Of a stretch of 64,000 nt of DNA, positions 40,380 to 50,925 are shown piece by piece. Under the pieces are notes generated by a model that was not told where the DNA came from, did no database searches, and was given only the letters and a program-made list of their open reading frames with translations. The stretch is taken from positions 32,001 to 96,000 of the forward strand of contig CBEUCH010000009.1 of NCBI GenBank assembly GCA_965541585.1, written 5' to 3'. The position numbers and the translations under genes were made by a program. The stretch comes from an uncultured bacterium (GTDB lineage: Bacteria > Zixibacteria > MSB-5A5 > UBA10806). Position 1 is the stretch's first letter; every line of letters begins with the position of its first letter.

Positions 40380-43253
40380 ATGAGGCTAAGTAAGATTGTC
40401 CTGGGGGGATCGCTTCTCTGGCTGATACTGGCACCTGGCACGCAGGCGCAGTATTATTTCGGGCAAAATAAAATCCAGTATGCCACCTTCGACTGGCAAG
40501 TCCTGACCACAGAACATTTTAATATCTATTTTTACCCGGAGGAAAAGGAAATAGCCGAAACGGCCGCCAGGTTGGCCGAGGATTCATATAATTTCCTCCA
40601 GGAAAAGTTCAATCACACAATAGACAAAAGGATTCCGTTTATCGTATACAGCTCCCCTGTCTTTTTCGAACAGACGAACATCATCCCGGGCATTTTGCCG
40701 GAAAATGTTGCAGGCTTCACGGAGTTCTTTAAGCAGCGTGTCGTTATCCCATTCAATGGTTCTTTCTCGGATTTCTCCCACGTCGTCCGGCACGAGTTGA
40801 TCCATGTTTTCACTATGCAGAAAATCGCCTACGTGGCGAAAATGCATCGCAAAAACAACGTACCCTCTCCGCCTCTGTGGTTTACGGAAGGTATCGCCGA
40901 ATACTGGTCAAGCGGCTGGGATAGCCAGGCCGATATGATAATGCGCGATATGGCAATAGCCGGACGGCTAATAACTCTGGAAAACATCTACTCCATATCC
41001 GGCAGCTTTCTGATGTATAAAGTGGGTCAATCTATTCTGAATTACATGGGAGAGACTTATGGTGACGATAAACTGGCAGACCTTTTCGATAACTGGTGGA
41101 GGGGCCGCACCTTTTCTGAAGTAGTCAGACTAACTTATGATAAGCCCCTCAAAGAAATCGGTGCAGAATGGGAATACTGGGTTAAGAAACGATACTACCC
41201 GTATATAAAGAGTCAGGAACTGCCGGACCGGGTGGCAAAACAGTTGACCCACGACGGCTATAATATCAAACCTACGATCTTCCTGAAAGATACTAAAGAG
41301 GGGCGAAAAGAATATATCGCATTCAAGACCTTCCGCATGGGATACGCGAGTATCGCCGAGATGCCCTTAGACGGCGAAAAGAGACGTTATAAAACACTGA
41401 TAAAGGGCGGCAGATCAGAACAATATGAATCTCTTCACTTTACTGATTCGGGACTGGACGCCAATATCGATGGCTTGATAGCGTTCGCCTCCAAGAGTCA
41501 GGAAAGCGACGTATTGTATATCTACGATTCCAAACGGGGAAAAGTCATAAAGAACATCAAGAATTCCTCACTTGTGGCTATCTCCTCGCCCTCATGGGCA
41601 CCCGACGGTCAGAGAATCGTATTCGAGGGCATCACCAAAGGTGGAAGATCCGACCTCTATATTTACGATTTTCACGACGAACAGTTTACCCGACTTACAA
41701 ATGATATTTATGCCGATAAAACTCCTTCCTTCTCCTTTACAGACGGCCTCATAGCATTCTCATCGGACCGTGATACCGATGGTATGAACGGATCGCGGAA
41801 CCTGTACTTATACCATCTCGAAAGTGGAAAGATAACACGCCTGACATCCGGAAATCAGATCGACGAATCTCCACGCTTTACCAGATCGGGGGATAGGATT
41901 ATCTTTACATCGGACTCCAACGGTGCCATGAACCTGTACATCCTCGATGGCGTAACCAATGGCAGCCTTAAGATCATGCAGATGACAAACTTCGTCACCG
42001 GCGCCTTCGATCCCATTCTCGCCAACTACGATTCCGTTGTGGTCTTCTCGGCTTACCAGGGCTTCAGATCCCATATCTATGAAATGCAGCTGCCGGAAAC
42101 TCCCATCGCCGAAATGCAACTGCCGGAAATCTCCATCGCCGCCAACGACCAGACCAGCAAGGATCGCCACCCCTGGACAATTGCCGATTCCTGGTCGCTC
42201 CCGAAACTCGAGGGCGAATTATCAGGAGGATCGGCCAGGTATAAGACCCAGCTCTCGTTCGATATCGCGCAATCCGCTGTCGCTTACGATCCTATAGTAG
42301 GAACCATGGGGGGGTTGCAGTTCGCTTTGACCGATATTCTCGGCAACCACCAGTATTACTTTCTGCTGTATAATACCGCCAACACCAGAGAGGATTTCCT
42401 GAAAAGCATCAATTTCGGCGTTACCTATCTCAATAAAACCAGAAGATTCAACTATGGCGGCGGATTCTTTCATTTCTTCAATGAATACTCCGAAGATTTC
42501 TATGGCTACGTTGCGGAGAGAACTTATGGTGGTTTTCTGGCCGGAAGTTATCCATTCTCCCGTTACAGGAGGCTTGAATCCGCTCTCTACGTACGCCGGA
42601 TCGATAAGGAGACGATCTTTTCAGAATCCCCTAAGGCTACCACCGCTCAGTGGATCCTGTCTTATATAAAAGATACATCAATCTGGGACCCCACCGGGCC
42701 AATTGAAGGCACCAGGTTTAATATCGGGATGTCGCAGTCACTTGACATAAAGAACTTCAGATATTACAGCAGCACCTACAATCTCGATTTCAGGAAATAT
42801 TTCCGCCTGGGAAATGCGTCCGCCTACGCTACAAGGCTTATGTATCTCCATTCGGTGGGAGAGGATCCCCAGAGATATTATCTGGGTGGGAGCTGGTCTC
42901 TGCGGGGTTACGCAAGACGTGAATTCTACAGTAACAATCTTCTATTGCTCAATAATGAGCTTCGTTTCCCGCTGGTGAACGATCTTCTGATCGGCTTTCC
43001 GATTGGCAACATCAGGTTTCAGGCGATCCGCGGGGCGCTGTTTTTCGATATTGGCAACTCGTGGGAGGACTCTTACAGAGGCACCGAAAAATGGCCCCAT
43101 GGTTCTGACGGCCTCGTGGGAAGTTTTGGATTTGGATTCCGGATTGCTCTGGGTTATGTTACGGTATTGAGATTTGATTTTGCGAGGAAGACCGATTTTA
43201 AATCGGTGAATAACAGCTACGATTTTGATTTCTTTTTCGGGTGGAATTTCTAA
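40380..43253 (+). CDS. Peptidase-MA-like / PD40 propeller / Omp85 (BamA-like) barrel protein
   Basis: Signal peptide, HELIH...WFTEGIAEY, PSWAPDG/PD40 repeats, LRGY, ELRFP and a terminal Phe. Confidence 0.88.
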   Translation: MRLSKIVLGGSLLWLILAPGTQAQYYFGQNKIQYATFDWQVLTTEHFNIYFYPEEKEIAETAARLAEDSYNFLQEKFNHTIDKRIPFIVYSSPVFFEQTNIIPGILPENVAGFTEFFKQRVVIPFNGSFSDFSHVVRHELIHVFTMQKIAYVAKMHRKNNVPSPPLWFTEGIAEYWSSGWDSQADMIMRDMAIAGRLITLENIYSISGSFLMYKVGQSILNYMGETYGDDKLADLFDNWWRGRTFSEVVRLTYDKPLKEIGAEWEYWVKKRYYPYIKSQELPDRVAKQLTHDGYNIKPTIFLKDTKEGRKEYIAFKTFRMGYASIAEMPLDGEKRRYKTLIKGGRSEQYESLHFTDSGLDANIDGLIAFASKSQESDVLYIYDSKRGKVIKNIKNSSLVAISSPSWAPDGQRIVFEGITKGGRSDLYIYDFHDEQFTRLTNDIYADKTPSFSFTDGLIAFSSDRDTDGMNGSRNLYLYHLESGKITRLTSGNQIDESPRFTRSGDRIIFTSDSNGAMNLYILDGVTNGSLKIMQMTNFVTGAFDPILANYDSVVVFSAYQGFRSHIYEMQLPETPIAEMQLPEISIAANDQTSKDRHPWTIADSWSLPKLEGELSGGSARYKTQLSFDIAQSAVAYDPIVGTMGGLQFALTDILGNHQYYFLLYNTANTREDFLKSINFGVTYLNKTRRFNYGGGFFHFFNEYSEDFYGYVAERTYGGFLAGSYPFSRYRRLESALYVRRIDKETIFSESPKATTAQWILSYIKDTSIWDPTGPIEGTRFNIGMSQSLDIKNFRYYSSTYNLDFRKYFRLGNASAYATRLMYLHSVGEDPQRYYLGGSWSLRGYARREFYSNNLLLLNNELRFPLVNDLLIGFPIGNIRFQAIRGALFFDIGNSWEDSYRGTEKWPHGSDGLVGSFGFGFRIALGYVTVLRFDFARKTDFKSVNNSYDFDFFFGWNF

Positions 43254-44380
43254 GGCAGTTTTCTCTCAGCGCTCTGGCGGGATGGTTTTGCCTTATTTCT
43301 TGCGGCCCGCCGGAGCCATTCACAATCGACGAATCATCTGACTCTTGTTCATGGCAGCAGGGAGGAGGAGGTCCGGGAAGGTCTGCATTTGTCAATTTTC
43401 CCACCCCTGACGAACCCCGGCTGCTCTGGAAAGCCGAGTTCACATCTCGATTGAATATCGAGCCGACGGCCGCATTGGGAGCCATCCTGATTCCCACGCC
43501 GGATAAAAAACTCCACATAATTCTGGCTAATAATGGCTCAGGCTTTGCCGAAATAAAATTTAGGGAAGCCATCTTATCGCCTGCTATCCTGGCAGATTCA
43601 ATTGCCGTGATAAATCTGGGTGGAGATCGCCTTATGGTTGAAAACTGGATGACGCAAGAAATAAAATGGGAGGTCGAGCTCGCGGGGTCCTCCGTCGAGC
43701 CGCTTGTTTTCAATAATAAGCTTTACTGGTCCGATGGCATGCACTATCTGCGCTGTTTCGAACTCACTGGAGGCAAGAGGATCTGGGATGAGAGAATCAA
43801 GGGGGCCATTACTGCTCCCCCTCTGGCATGTTCACTTGGCGTAGTAGTATTTCCTGATGATGGGGTCGTAGAATGCTTCGATCCGGATACAGGCGTCAGG
43901 CTCTGGAGTTTTGCCGCGCGGGGGAGGATTAGGGGCGCATCCCTGATCATGGACGACCAGCTTTTATTCGCAACCGCGGATGGTCAGGTTACGCGAGTAA
44001 GGATGAAAGACGGAAACCTCATCTGGAACAGAGACCTGCATCTCCCGGTTTTGGCGCCACCCGCCTCCGACGGTGACGGCGTATTCATAGGTACAAATAA
44101 CCGTTTTATCATAAGACTTGATTTCGATTCCGGCGAAGTCGATTGGAAGATAGAAATTGGAGGACCCATTAAAGCCGGGCCGACAGTTTCAGGGAATTCG
44201 GTCATATTCGTTAGCATCGATCATAAGGTCTATTTCGTCGATAAAATCTCAGGGGAAATTCGTTATGTTTATGAAACCGGCGGTATGCTTACAACCAGGC
44301 CGTTGGCCTGCAGGGATAAAGTATTTATTGCCGGAGAAGATAAGAACCTTTATTGTTTTCAACTTTCCAAGGGTGAATAG
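43241..44380 (+). CDS. PQQ-like beta-propeller lipoprotein (BamB-like)
   Basis: Lipobox LISC; repeated G.v.a.d..tG...W blades. Confidence 0.85.
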   Translation: MEFLRQFSLSALAGWFCLISCGPPEPFTIDESSDSCSWQQGGGGPGRSAFVNFPTPDEPRLLWKAEFTSRLNIEPTAALGAILIPTPDKKLHIILANNGSGFAEIKFREAILSPAILADSIAVINLGGDRLMVENWMTQEIKWEVELAGSSVEPLVFNNKLYWSDGMHYLRCFELTGGKRIWDERIKGAITAPPLACSLGVVVFPDDGVVECFDPDTGVRLWSFAARGRIRGASLIMDDQLLFATADGQVTRVRMKDGNLIWNRDLHLPVLAPPASDGDGVFIGTNNRFIIRLDFDSGEVDWKIEIGGPIKAGPTVSGNSVIFVSIDHKVYFVDKISGEIRYVYETGGMLTTRPLACRDKVFIAGEDKNLYCFQLSKGE

Positions 44381-44382
44381 AA

Positions 44383-46554
44383 GTGGATATTAAGAGTCTA
44401 AGCCTCGATATTCTCCGCGATTTGTATGGCAGTTCCCGCCGGCTGGCCATGTATCCGCTGGGACATCCGGTTACGCAAGAAACACTGAAGAAACCTCTGA
44501 ATGCCTTAAACAAGATTTTTCCGTTCAAGCATAGCGTCATCATAGAGCTTTTCAAAGATAGCCTGCTGGCCGAAGGCGTTCTTCTTGAGGATACCATATA
44601 CGTCTCGGGACTTGCTCTCGACATGAAGAAGCACAATCTAGTGAATATCGGATTTTATTCCGATATCAACATTGGCGATCTCTATTATTTTCTGACATTG
44701 CTTGTCTCCAAAGCCGGCCCATCTGAAGATAACGTGGCCCGGATACTCAAGTCTAAAAATATATCTTCCATCAGGGTAAATATGGAAAATCCGCCGAATC
44801 TTTTTCACTTCGACAGATCGGATTCGGTAGGCGATACTGCACAATTCTCGTTGTCAAAGAGAGCCAGGGCTTTAATTTCCAGAAATCCCAGTATCATTGC
44901 GGCATATTATATGGGTCTGCTGAGAAAAGACGATGATATTCTGAAGTATATCAATGTGGATTTCCGATTGGCGTATCTCGGCCATCATTTCAAAGATGCA
45001 CTTCTTAATCTCGAAAGGGAGAAAGGCAAAAGACTTCTTGAAGAAATTGTTTTTTCTACCAACTGGCTCGATGATCATATTGATCCGGAGATGCTGTTGG
45101 GCTTACGGAGGCTCTTTAAGGATTATCTGTCACAGCATTCCGACCAGGAAATGCTCTCGGATATCTACGAACTTTTTAAAAAGGTTGGCACTCCCGATAG
45201 CGTGATGGATCAGATTTTCGATCGATCCTCGGTTTTGAAATTGCGCACCTTTCAGGAATCGGAGATGATAGTCAATACGCTGAAATATGCTGATCCTTCC
45301 CAGGTCGATCCGGCGGATTTGAGAAAAACGCTATTCAAGCTGGCATCCGCCGGGCAAAAGGATTATCTGAACGATCTATTGGATCAGCTCATCCGATCTC
45401 TCTCCAGCGCCACGAACGAGCTTCGTCAGAAGGCCCTGCACCTGGTGGGGACTGCGGGCGAGGTTCTCGTAAAAGGTGGCTTCTATGACGATTTTAATTC
45501 CCTTTGCAGGGAGGCCATCAGGCTGGCTCTGTTGCCGACCGAAACGTTGGAACCGGTGGAGCTAACAGCGGAGTTCGCCTGGCACGCCATAAAAGAAAAG
45601 CGGTGGCAGGAATTGAAGTTTTTGGTTCGAACTCTAAAGGGTATTAGAGATGATCATTCTCATCCGAAGAGCAAAAGGAACATAGCGGCCAGGAAGTTGA
45701 TAGAGATCAGTGAATCCAATCAATTAGCCGATATAGTCTCGGATATGATGGAGAATGTCTTGTCCGGGGATACCGGAGCGTTCTTTGAAGCTCTGGGAGA
45801 TCTGGGATCGAAAGATATCATCAGAATGCTTGCCGATAAGATTGCTCATCCCGACATAAATATTAGATCGCGCGTGATAAAGCTCTTGGCTAGCATGAGG
45901 GATCAATCGGCGGAGGTCCTCTCTGAATTGCTCGGCGAATGGGTGGGCAAATACGATGGAAGCGCAATCGATGATCAGGACTGGTATTATCTTAGAAATA
46001 TCCTCCGAATATTAAGGAGTGTTCAGGCCGAGGAAGCTTTTCCGTATCTGGAAATAATGAGCGGATGGCCCGAATTCCGGTTGAAACTGGAAATTATAAA
46101 AACTCTCGAGGGCATGCCTGCTGAGGACGCGGGTAAGCTTTATGAAAAGCTCTCAGGCGATCAGGATCTTGAGATCAAGAAAGCGGCGGTTGTGGCCATG
46201 GGGCTTACCGGCCATCCTGATATGATAATGAGACTCCTGGTAATATTCCGGCGGGAACCGGACCTCCGGGTCTATTCCGTTGCCTCTATAGGGCGAATCG
46301 GCGGCCCGCATGCCCGCGATAAGCTGATAGACATGTTCGAGGATGACCAGTTTTTCACTAATCTCAGTCTCTCAAAACGTGAGACAGAACAGGTAAGGAT
46401 TGCCATCCTGAAAGCGCTGTCTCGGATCGGGGATGAGGCCGCTTTGACGAAGCTCGAAGAATATTCACGAATGAGTTTCAGTAAATCATTATTTAAAAAA
46501 GACTTGCTATCCAATACGGCAAAGCTCATTCTCGATTCCAAAAGCAAGACATAG
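44383..46554 (+). CDS. HEAT-repeat protein
   Basis: N-terminal YPLGHP motif; C-terminal HEAT-like units such as AILKALSRIG. Confidence 0.8.
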   Translation: MDIKSLSLDILRDLYGSSRRLAMYPLGHPVTQETLKKPLNALNKIFPFKHSVIIELFKDSLLAEGVLLEDTIYVSGLALDMKKHNLVNIGFYSDINIGDLYYFLTLLVSKAGPSEDNVARILKSKNISSIRVNMENPPNLFHFDRSDSVGDTAQFSLSKRARALISRNPSIIAAYYMGLLRKDDDILKYINVDFRLAYLGHHFKDALLNLEREKGKRLLEEIVFSTNWLDDHIDPEMLLGLRRLFKDYLSQHSDQEMLSDIYELFKKVGTPDSVMDQIFDRSSVLKLRTFQESEMIVNTLKYADPSQVDPADLRKTLFKLASAGQKDYLNDLLDQLIRSLSSATNELRQKALHLVGTAGEVLVKGGFYDDFNSLCREAIRLALLPTETLEPVELTAEFAWHAIKEKRWQELKFLVRTLKGIRDDHSHPKSKRNIAARKLIEISESNQLADIVSDMMENVLSGDTGAFFEALGDLGSKDIIRMLADKIAHPDINIRSRVIKLLASMRDQSAEVLSELLGEWVGKYDGSAIDDQDWYYLRNILRILRSVQAEEAFPYLEIMSGWPEFRLKLEIIKTLEGMPAEDAGKLYEKLSGDQDLEIKKAAVVAMGLTGHPDMIMRLLVIFRREPDLRVYSVASIGRIGGPHARDKLIDMFEDDQFFTNLSLSKRETEQVRIAILKALSRIGDEAALTKLEEYSRMSFSKSLFKKDLLSNTAKLILDSKSKT

Positions 46555-46708
46555 CCAAAATGGCATAAGGGCGCCATAATGACATATAACCCTGCCATTA
46601 GGGCAGTATCTTCCCAGTGGTCAAATCCCCCATTAACCTGAAATGAAATATAACATCATACAATATAATATGTTACAGTGATCCATAATTGATTGGCACG
46701 AGTTTTGA
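46554..46708 (+). promoter_or_regulatory. Sigma54-type promoter with upstream activator sites
   Basis: TGGCACGAGTTTTGA at 46694; three GCCA-N3-(T/G)GRC dyads at 46554, 46573 and 46594. Confidence 0.55.
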
Positions 46709-46757
46709 ACATCAATCGGCCGGTGTTAGCTTAAAGGCAAAGAAAAGGAGGAATGAA

Positions 46758-47138
46758 ATGATAGGGTTTCATTACAAACCAGCGTTGGCCAGCTTTCTTC
46801 AAAGGAATAGCGACCGCCCGCGCCCGAACGTCGATATCATAGAGAACGCCGATAATTATCTTTTCAGTTTTGAAATTCCCGGCGCTATGAAAGAAGACGT
46901 CAAAATCTGGCTTGAGGATGATATTCTCACTGTTTCCGGCGAGAAGAAAGAGGAGCTTGCAGAAGGAGAAGCCAAACTTCTCTCCGAGCGGAATTTCGGC
47001 AAATTCGAGATGTCATTCAGGCTGACCGGCAGCATAGATGGGGCCAGGATAAAGGCCGAGTTCCAAAACGGATTGCTGAAAGTCATCGTTCCCAAGGCGG
47101 CAGAGGCAAAGCCGAAAGAGATCGCCATCCGGGATTGA
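46758..47138 (+). CDS. Hsp20/alpha-crystallin small heat shock protein
   Basis: PNVDIIE, EIPG, ER.FGKF and NGLLKVIVPK; ATG 46758 follows AGGAGG. Confidence 0.93.
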   Translation: MIGFHYKPALASFLQRNSDRPRPNVDIIENADNYLFSFEIPGAMKEDVKIWLEDDILTVSGEKKEELAEGEAKLLSERNFGKFEMSFRLTGSIDGARIKAEFQNGLLKVIVPKAAEAKPKEIAIRD

Positions 47139-47167
47139 TAGGCATTCCGGGAGCGGGGGAACAACTC

Positions 47168-47229
47168 CGTGTCCCACCCGGGTTCTCGATTTTACAAAAG
47201 CGGTGATTAAGGGACCCGGATGGGACACG
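47168..47229. repeat. Long imperfect inverted repeat
   Basis: CGTGTCCCACCCGGGTTCT ... GGGACCCGGATGGGACACG. Confidence 0.55.
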
Positions 47230-47276
47230 TTAGGTTCTGCCGTAAGGAAGATGCATCGAATGATGGGAGAAATAGA

Positions 47277-47459
47277 ATGCTTCTAACGCTTGCAATAATA
47301 CCTCTTGCGCTCGGTCTGATAGTAGTAATCATGGCCGCTATCAGGAAGTTGAGGCCGGAACCGGCGATGGAAGATATAGATACCGAGCTCGGGCCAACTC
47401 GACTGAACGCTGTCATTCGATCCGACTCCGAAGGCGAAAAAGTTTCTTTGAAGAATTAA
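47277..47459 (+). CDS. Small single-TM hypothetical protein
   Basis: RBS GGGAGA; hydrophobic N-terminus; lies between hsp20 and dnaK. Confidence 0.45.
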   Translation: MLLTLAIIPLALGLIVVIMAAIRKLRPEPAMEDIDTELGPTRLNAVIRSDSEGEKVSLKN

Positions 47460-47486
47460 TGATAATAATAAGGAGGTTCTAAAATA

Positions 47487-49391
47487 ATGTCCAAAGTAAT
47501 AGGCATTGATCTGGGCACCACCAATTCTTGCGTGGCTGTAATTGAGGCCGGAGATCCGATCATCATACCGAATTCCGAGGGTTCTCGCACAACGCCCTCG
47601 GTAGTAGCCGTCAATAAAACCGGAGAAAGGCTCGTCGGCCAGGTGGCCAAGCGCCAGGCCGTTGCCAACCCCACCGATACGATCTTCTCGGTCAAGCGGT
47701 TCATGGGAAGAGCCTATGATGAGGTTACAAGCGAGATTGCCAATTTCCCGTATAAGGTCAAAACCGGGAAGAATAATATCGTCAATATTGAGATGAGTGG
47801 CAAAGATTATTCTCCCCCTGAGATTTCGGCAATGGTTTTGCAAAAGATGAAACAGACTGCGGAAGATTATCTGGGCCATAAGGTGACCAAGGCGGTAATT
47901 ACGGTTCCTGCTTATTTCAACGATTCACAGCGCAAGGCCACGAAGGATGCCGGGCAGATAGCCGGGCTGGAGGTATTGCGGATCATCAACGAACCCACGG
48001 CTGCGGCTCTGGCATACGGACTCGAGAAGAAAAAAGACGAGAAAATCGCAGTCTATGATCTTGGCGGTGGGACTTTCGATATCTCCATTCTGGAAATGGG
48101 CGATGGCGTATTCGAGGTGCGCTCCACCAACGGAGATACTCATCTCGGTGGTGACGACTTTGACAAGAGGATTATCGATTGGCTGGTGGCAGAGTTTAAG
48201 AAATCCGATGGCATTGATTTATCGAAAGATCCCATGGCGATTCAGCGCTTGAGGGAGGCCGCGGAAAAAGCCAAAATGGAGCTTTCGAGCACAACGGAGA
48301 CCACCATAAACCTACCCTTTGTCACCGCAGATTCGAACGGCCCCAGGCATCTGAATCTCTCTCTTACCAGGGCCAAATTCGAACAGCTTGTCGATGATCT
48401 TATCGAGAGAACAATCGAACCATGCAGAAAGGCGTTGGCCGATGCCAAGCTTGCATCCTCGGACATCGATGAGGTAATTCTGGTCGGAGGGATGACCAGG
48501 ATGCCGATGGTGCAGGAGACCGTAAAGAGCTTTTTCGGCAGGGAGCCACATAAGGGTGTCAACCCCGATGAGGTAGTCGCCATAGGAGCAGCGATCCAGG
48601 GTGGGGTGCTGGCCGGCCATGTGAAAGACGTTCTGCTTCTCGACGTTACGCCGCTGTCATTGGGTATCGAAACGCTTGGAGGAGTCTTTACCAGATTGAT
48701 CGAACGCAATACTACTATCCCGACCAAGAAATCGGAAATCTTCTCCACCGCCGCTGATAACCAGATATCTGTAGAGATTCATGTCCTCCAGGGGGAACGG
48801 GACATGGCACTTCACAACAAGACAATCGGGCGTTTTCATATGGACGGTATGCTGCCTGCCCCGCGCGGGATGCCGCAGATCGAAGTTGAATTCGATATCG
48901 ATGCCAACGGTATCATGAATGTCTCTGCCACGGATAAGGCCACCGGCAAGGAGCAGTCCATCCGGATCGAGGCCACCTCAGGATTAACTGAGCAGGATAT
49001 TGACAAGATGGTCAAGGATGCTGCGGCGCATGCTTCCGAGGATAAGACTAATCGCGAAGAGGCCGAATTGAAAAACCGTGCGGATCAGGAAATCTATCAA
49101 ACCGAGAAGCAGCTGAACGAGTTCGAGGATAAAATCGATTCGGGAACAAAAGCGAGGGTCGAAGCAGCTCTCGATCGCTTAAAAGAGGCTGTGAAAAAGG
49201 AGAATATCGAGGAGATGAAATCTGCCTCCGAGGCCCTGACAGCGGTCTGGCATGAGGTCTCGGCGAAACTGTATCAAAAGCAAACATCGTCGACCCAGGG
49301 GGAGCATATGGACGCGGAATCCGGCCCTGCTCAGAACTCCGGCAAGGACGATCAGGATGCCGTTGACGCCGATTTCGAAGTGGTGAAATAA
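47487..49391 (+). CDS. dnaK: Chaperone DnaK
   Basis: [25 protein letters not shown] and [10 protein letters not shown] motifs. Confidence 0.99.
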   Translation: MSKVIGIDLGTTNSCVAVIEAGDPIIIPNSEGSRTTPSVVAVNKTGERLVGQVAKRQAVANPTDTIFSVKRFMGRAYDEVTSEIANFPYKVKTGKNNIVNIEMSGKDYSPPEISAMVLQKMKQTAEDYLGHKVTKAVITVPAYFNDSQRKATKDAGQIAGLEVLRIINEPTAAALAYGLEKKKDEKIAVYDLGGGTFDISILEMGDGVFEVRSTNGDTHLGGDDFDKRIIDWLVAEFKKSDGIDLSKDPMAIQRLREAAEKAKMELSSTTETTINLPFVTADSNGPRHLNLSLTRAKFEQLVDDLIERTIEPCRKALADAKLASSDIDEVILVGGMTRMPMVQETVKSFFGREPHKGVNPDEVVAIGAAIQGGVLAGHVKDVLLLDVTPLSLGIETLGGVFTRLIERNTTIPTKKSEIFSTAADNQISVEIHVLQGERDMALHNKTIGRFHMDGMLPAPRGMPQIEVEFDIDANGIMNVSATDKATGKEQSIRIEATSGLTEQDIDKMVKDAAAHASEDKTNREEAELKNRADQEIYQTEKQLNEFEDKIDSGTKARVEAALDRLKEAVKKENIEEMKSASEALTAVWHEVSAKLYQKQTSSTQGEHMDAESGPAQNSGKDDQDAVDADFEVVK

Positions 49392-49542
49392 AAAAGCGAT
49401 ACCAGGTGTTCCCGGTAGATTATCCGGGTAAGATCGAAAATGTAAAAGCTCCGGAAAAATGATGGTAAGCATCTATGGTGAAATCTCTCGTCAAAATCGT
49501 TTCTGCCATGGAGAGTTGAGGGGGAAAAGTGATGTTGGAATG

Positions 49543-49585
49543 AAACGGCCCGGCATATTCAAAGAGGCGGGGCCGTTTTTATTTT
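49543..49585 (+). terminator. Probable intrinsic terminator after dnaK
   Basis: AAACGGCCC...GGGCCGTTT followed by a T-run. Confidence 0.55.
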
Positions 49586-49594
49586 CCCGAGAAG

Positions 49595-49623
49595 TTGACA
49601 CAAAATAGCATTTGGAATAGATT
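49595..49623 (+). promoter_or_regulatory. Sigma70-type promoter of dnaJ
   Basis: TTGACA-N17-TAGATT. Confidence 0.6.
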
Positions 49624-49631
49624 TCAATAGA

Positions 49632-50753
49632 ATGAAAGATTTCTACAAAATACTCGGTGTATCTGAAACCGCGTCGGAGGGGGATATTAAACGGGCCTAT
49701 CGCGGGCTGGCTAAAAAGCATCATCCCGACGCCAATCCGGGAGATAAACAGGCCGAGGCAAGATTCAAAGAGGTCTCGGAGGCGAATGAAGTTCTATCGG
49801 ATGAAAATAAAAGAGCGCAGTTCGACCAGATGCGAAGATATGGGGGCGGCTTCGAAGGTGCGCGGCCCGGTGCCGGTTTCGGTGGCGGGGTCCGTTTCGA
49901 GGACCTGTCGTCTGTTTTCGGTAAATCGGGAGGTTTTGGATCGTTTGCGGATATTTTTTCGTCCATATTCGGGGATAACCTCCGTAATTCCGGATCTGGT
50001 TTCGGGCGAACCCGTGGCCCCGGGAAGGGCGATGATCTTTACACGGATATAAAAATACCGTTTTCAACGGCTGTCAACGGTGGAAAAGTAAAGGTCCGGC
50101 TCAATGTAAACGAACAGTGCTCGGACTGTAAAGGCACCGGATCGAGGCCCGGTTCGTCTCAGAGAATCTGTCCCGACTGCCAGGGCCGCGGAGTGGTTAG
50201 TTTTACGCAGGGTAATTTCGCCGTCTCGCGTCCCTGCCCGCGCTGTCTTGGCAGGGGCCGGATATCCGGCGAGGCCTGCTCCGGTTGCGCCGGTACAGGC
50301 TCGGTATCGAAACGTCGCGAATTATCCGTCAGGATTCCGTCGGGAATGGAATCGGGCAAAAAGATTCGTTTGCGAGGATTGGGAAATCCCGGAATCAACG
50401 GCGGCCCCCCGGGTGATCTCTACCTCCGGATCGATGTGACATCGCATCCGTTCTTCTTCAGGCGGGGTCTTGATATCCATTGCCGTATACCTCTAAGTAT
50501 CGAACAGGCAGTAAACGGATCGAGAATTCGCGTTAGAACGCTATCCGGGAAGAAGGCCGAACTCAAGATCCCGCCCGGCACTAAAGCGGGCGCAAAGTTC
50601 AGGCTGAAAGGCCTTGGCCTCGTCTTGAGAGAGCGTAAGGGAGATCAGATTGTAGAGATTGATATAAAAGAGACTGAGGATATGACTGATGAAGACAAGA
50701 GAAGTTCTTATAAGGCGACTCAGGGAGCCGGCACAGGAGACAAGGGAAGCTGA
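49632..50753 (+). CDS. dnaJ: Chaperone DnaJ
   Basis: J-domain HPD, G/F-rich region and four CxxCxGxG repeats. Confidence 0.96.
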   Translation: MKDFYKILGVSETASEGDIKRAYRGLAKKHHPDANPGDKQAEARFKEVSEANEVLSDENKRAQFDQMRRYGGGFEGARPGAGFGGGVRFEDLSSVFGKSGGFGSFADIFSSIFGDNLRNSGSGFGRTRGPGKGDDLYTDIKIPFSTAVNGGKVKVRLNVNEQCSDCKGTGSRPGSSQRICPDCQGRGVVSFTQGNFAVSRPCPRCLGRGRISGEACSGCAGTGSVSKRRELSVRIPSGMESGKKIRLRGLGNPGINGGPPGDLYLRIDVTSHPFFFRRGLDIHCRIPLSIEQAVNGSRIRVRTLSGKKAELKIPPGTKAGAKFRLKGLGLVLRERKGDQIVEIDIKETEDMTDEDKRSSYKATQGAGTGDKGS

Positions 50754-50925
50754 TCGGTAATGCGAACAGAAAAAAGATCCGGTGACAAAATAGTGATTGC
50801 CGCCGATGAAAACGGTTTGACATTTGATATCGATAGATTATCTTCAAAGAAATGGTTCTTTAAGAATTGAGGCTTTTGAATAATCCTGGCGTCTGATGAT
50901 AATTGAGATTGTCAAGGAGGCAATT

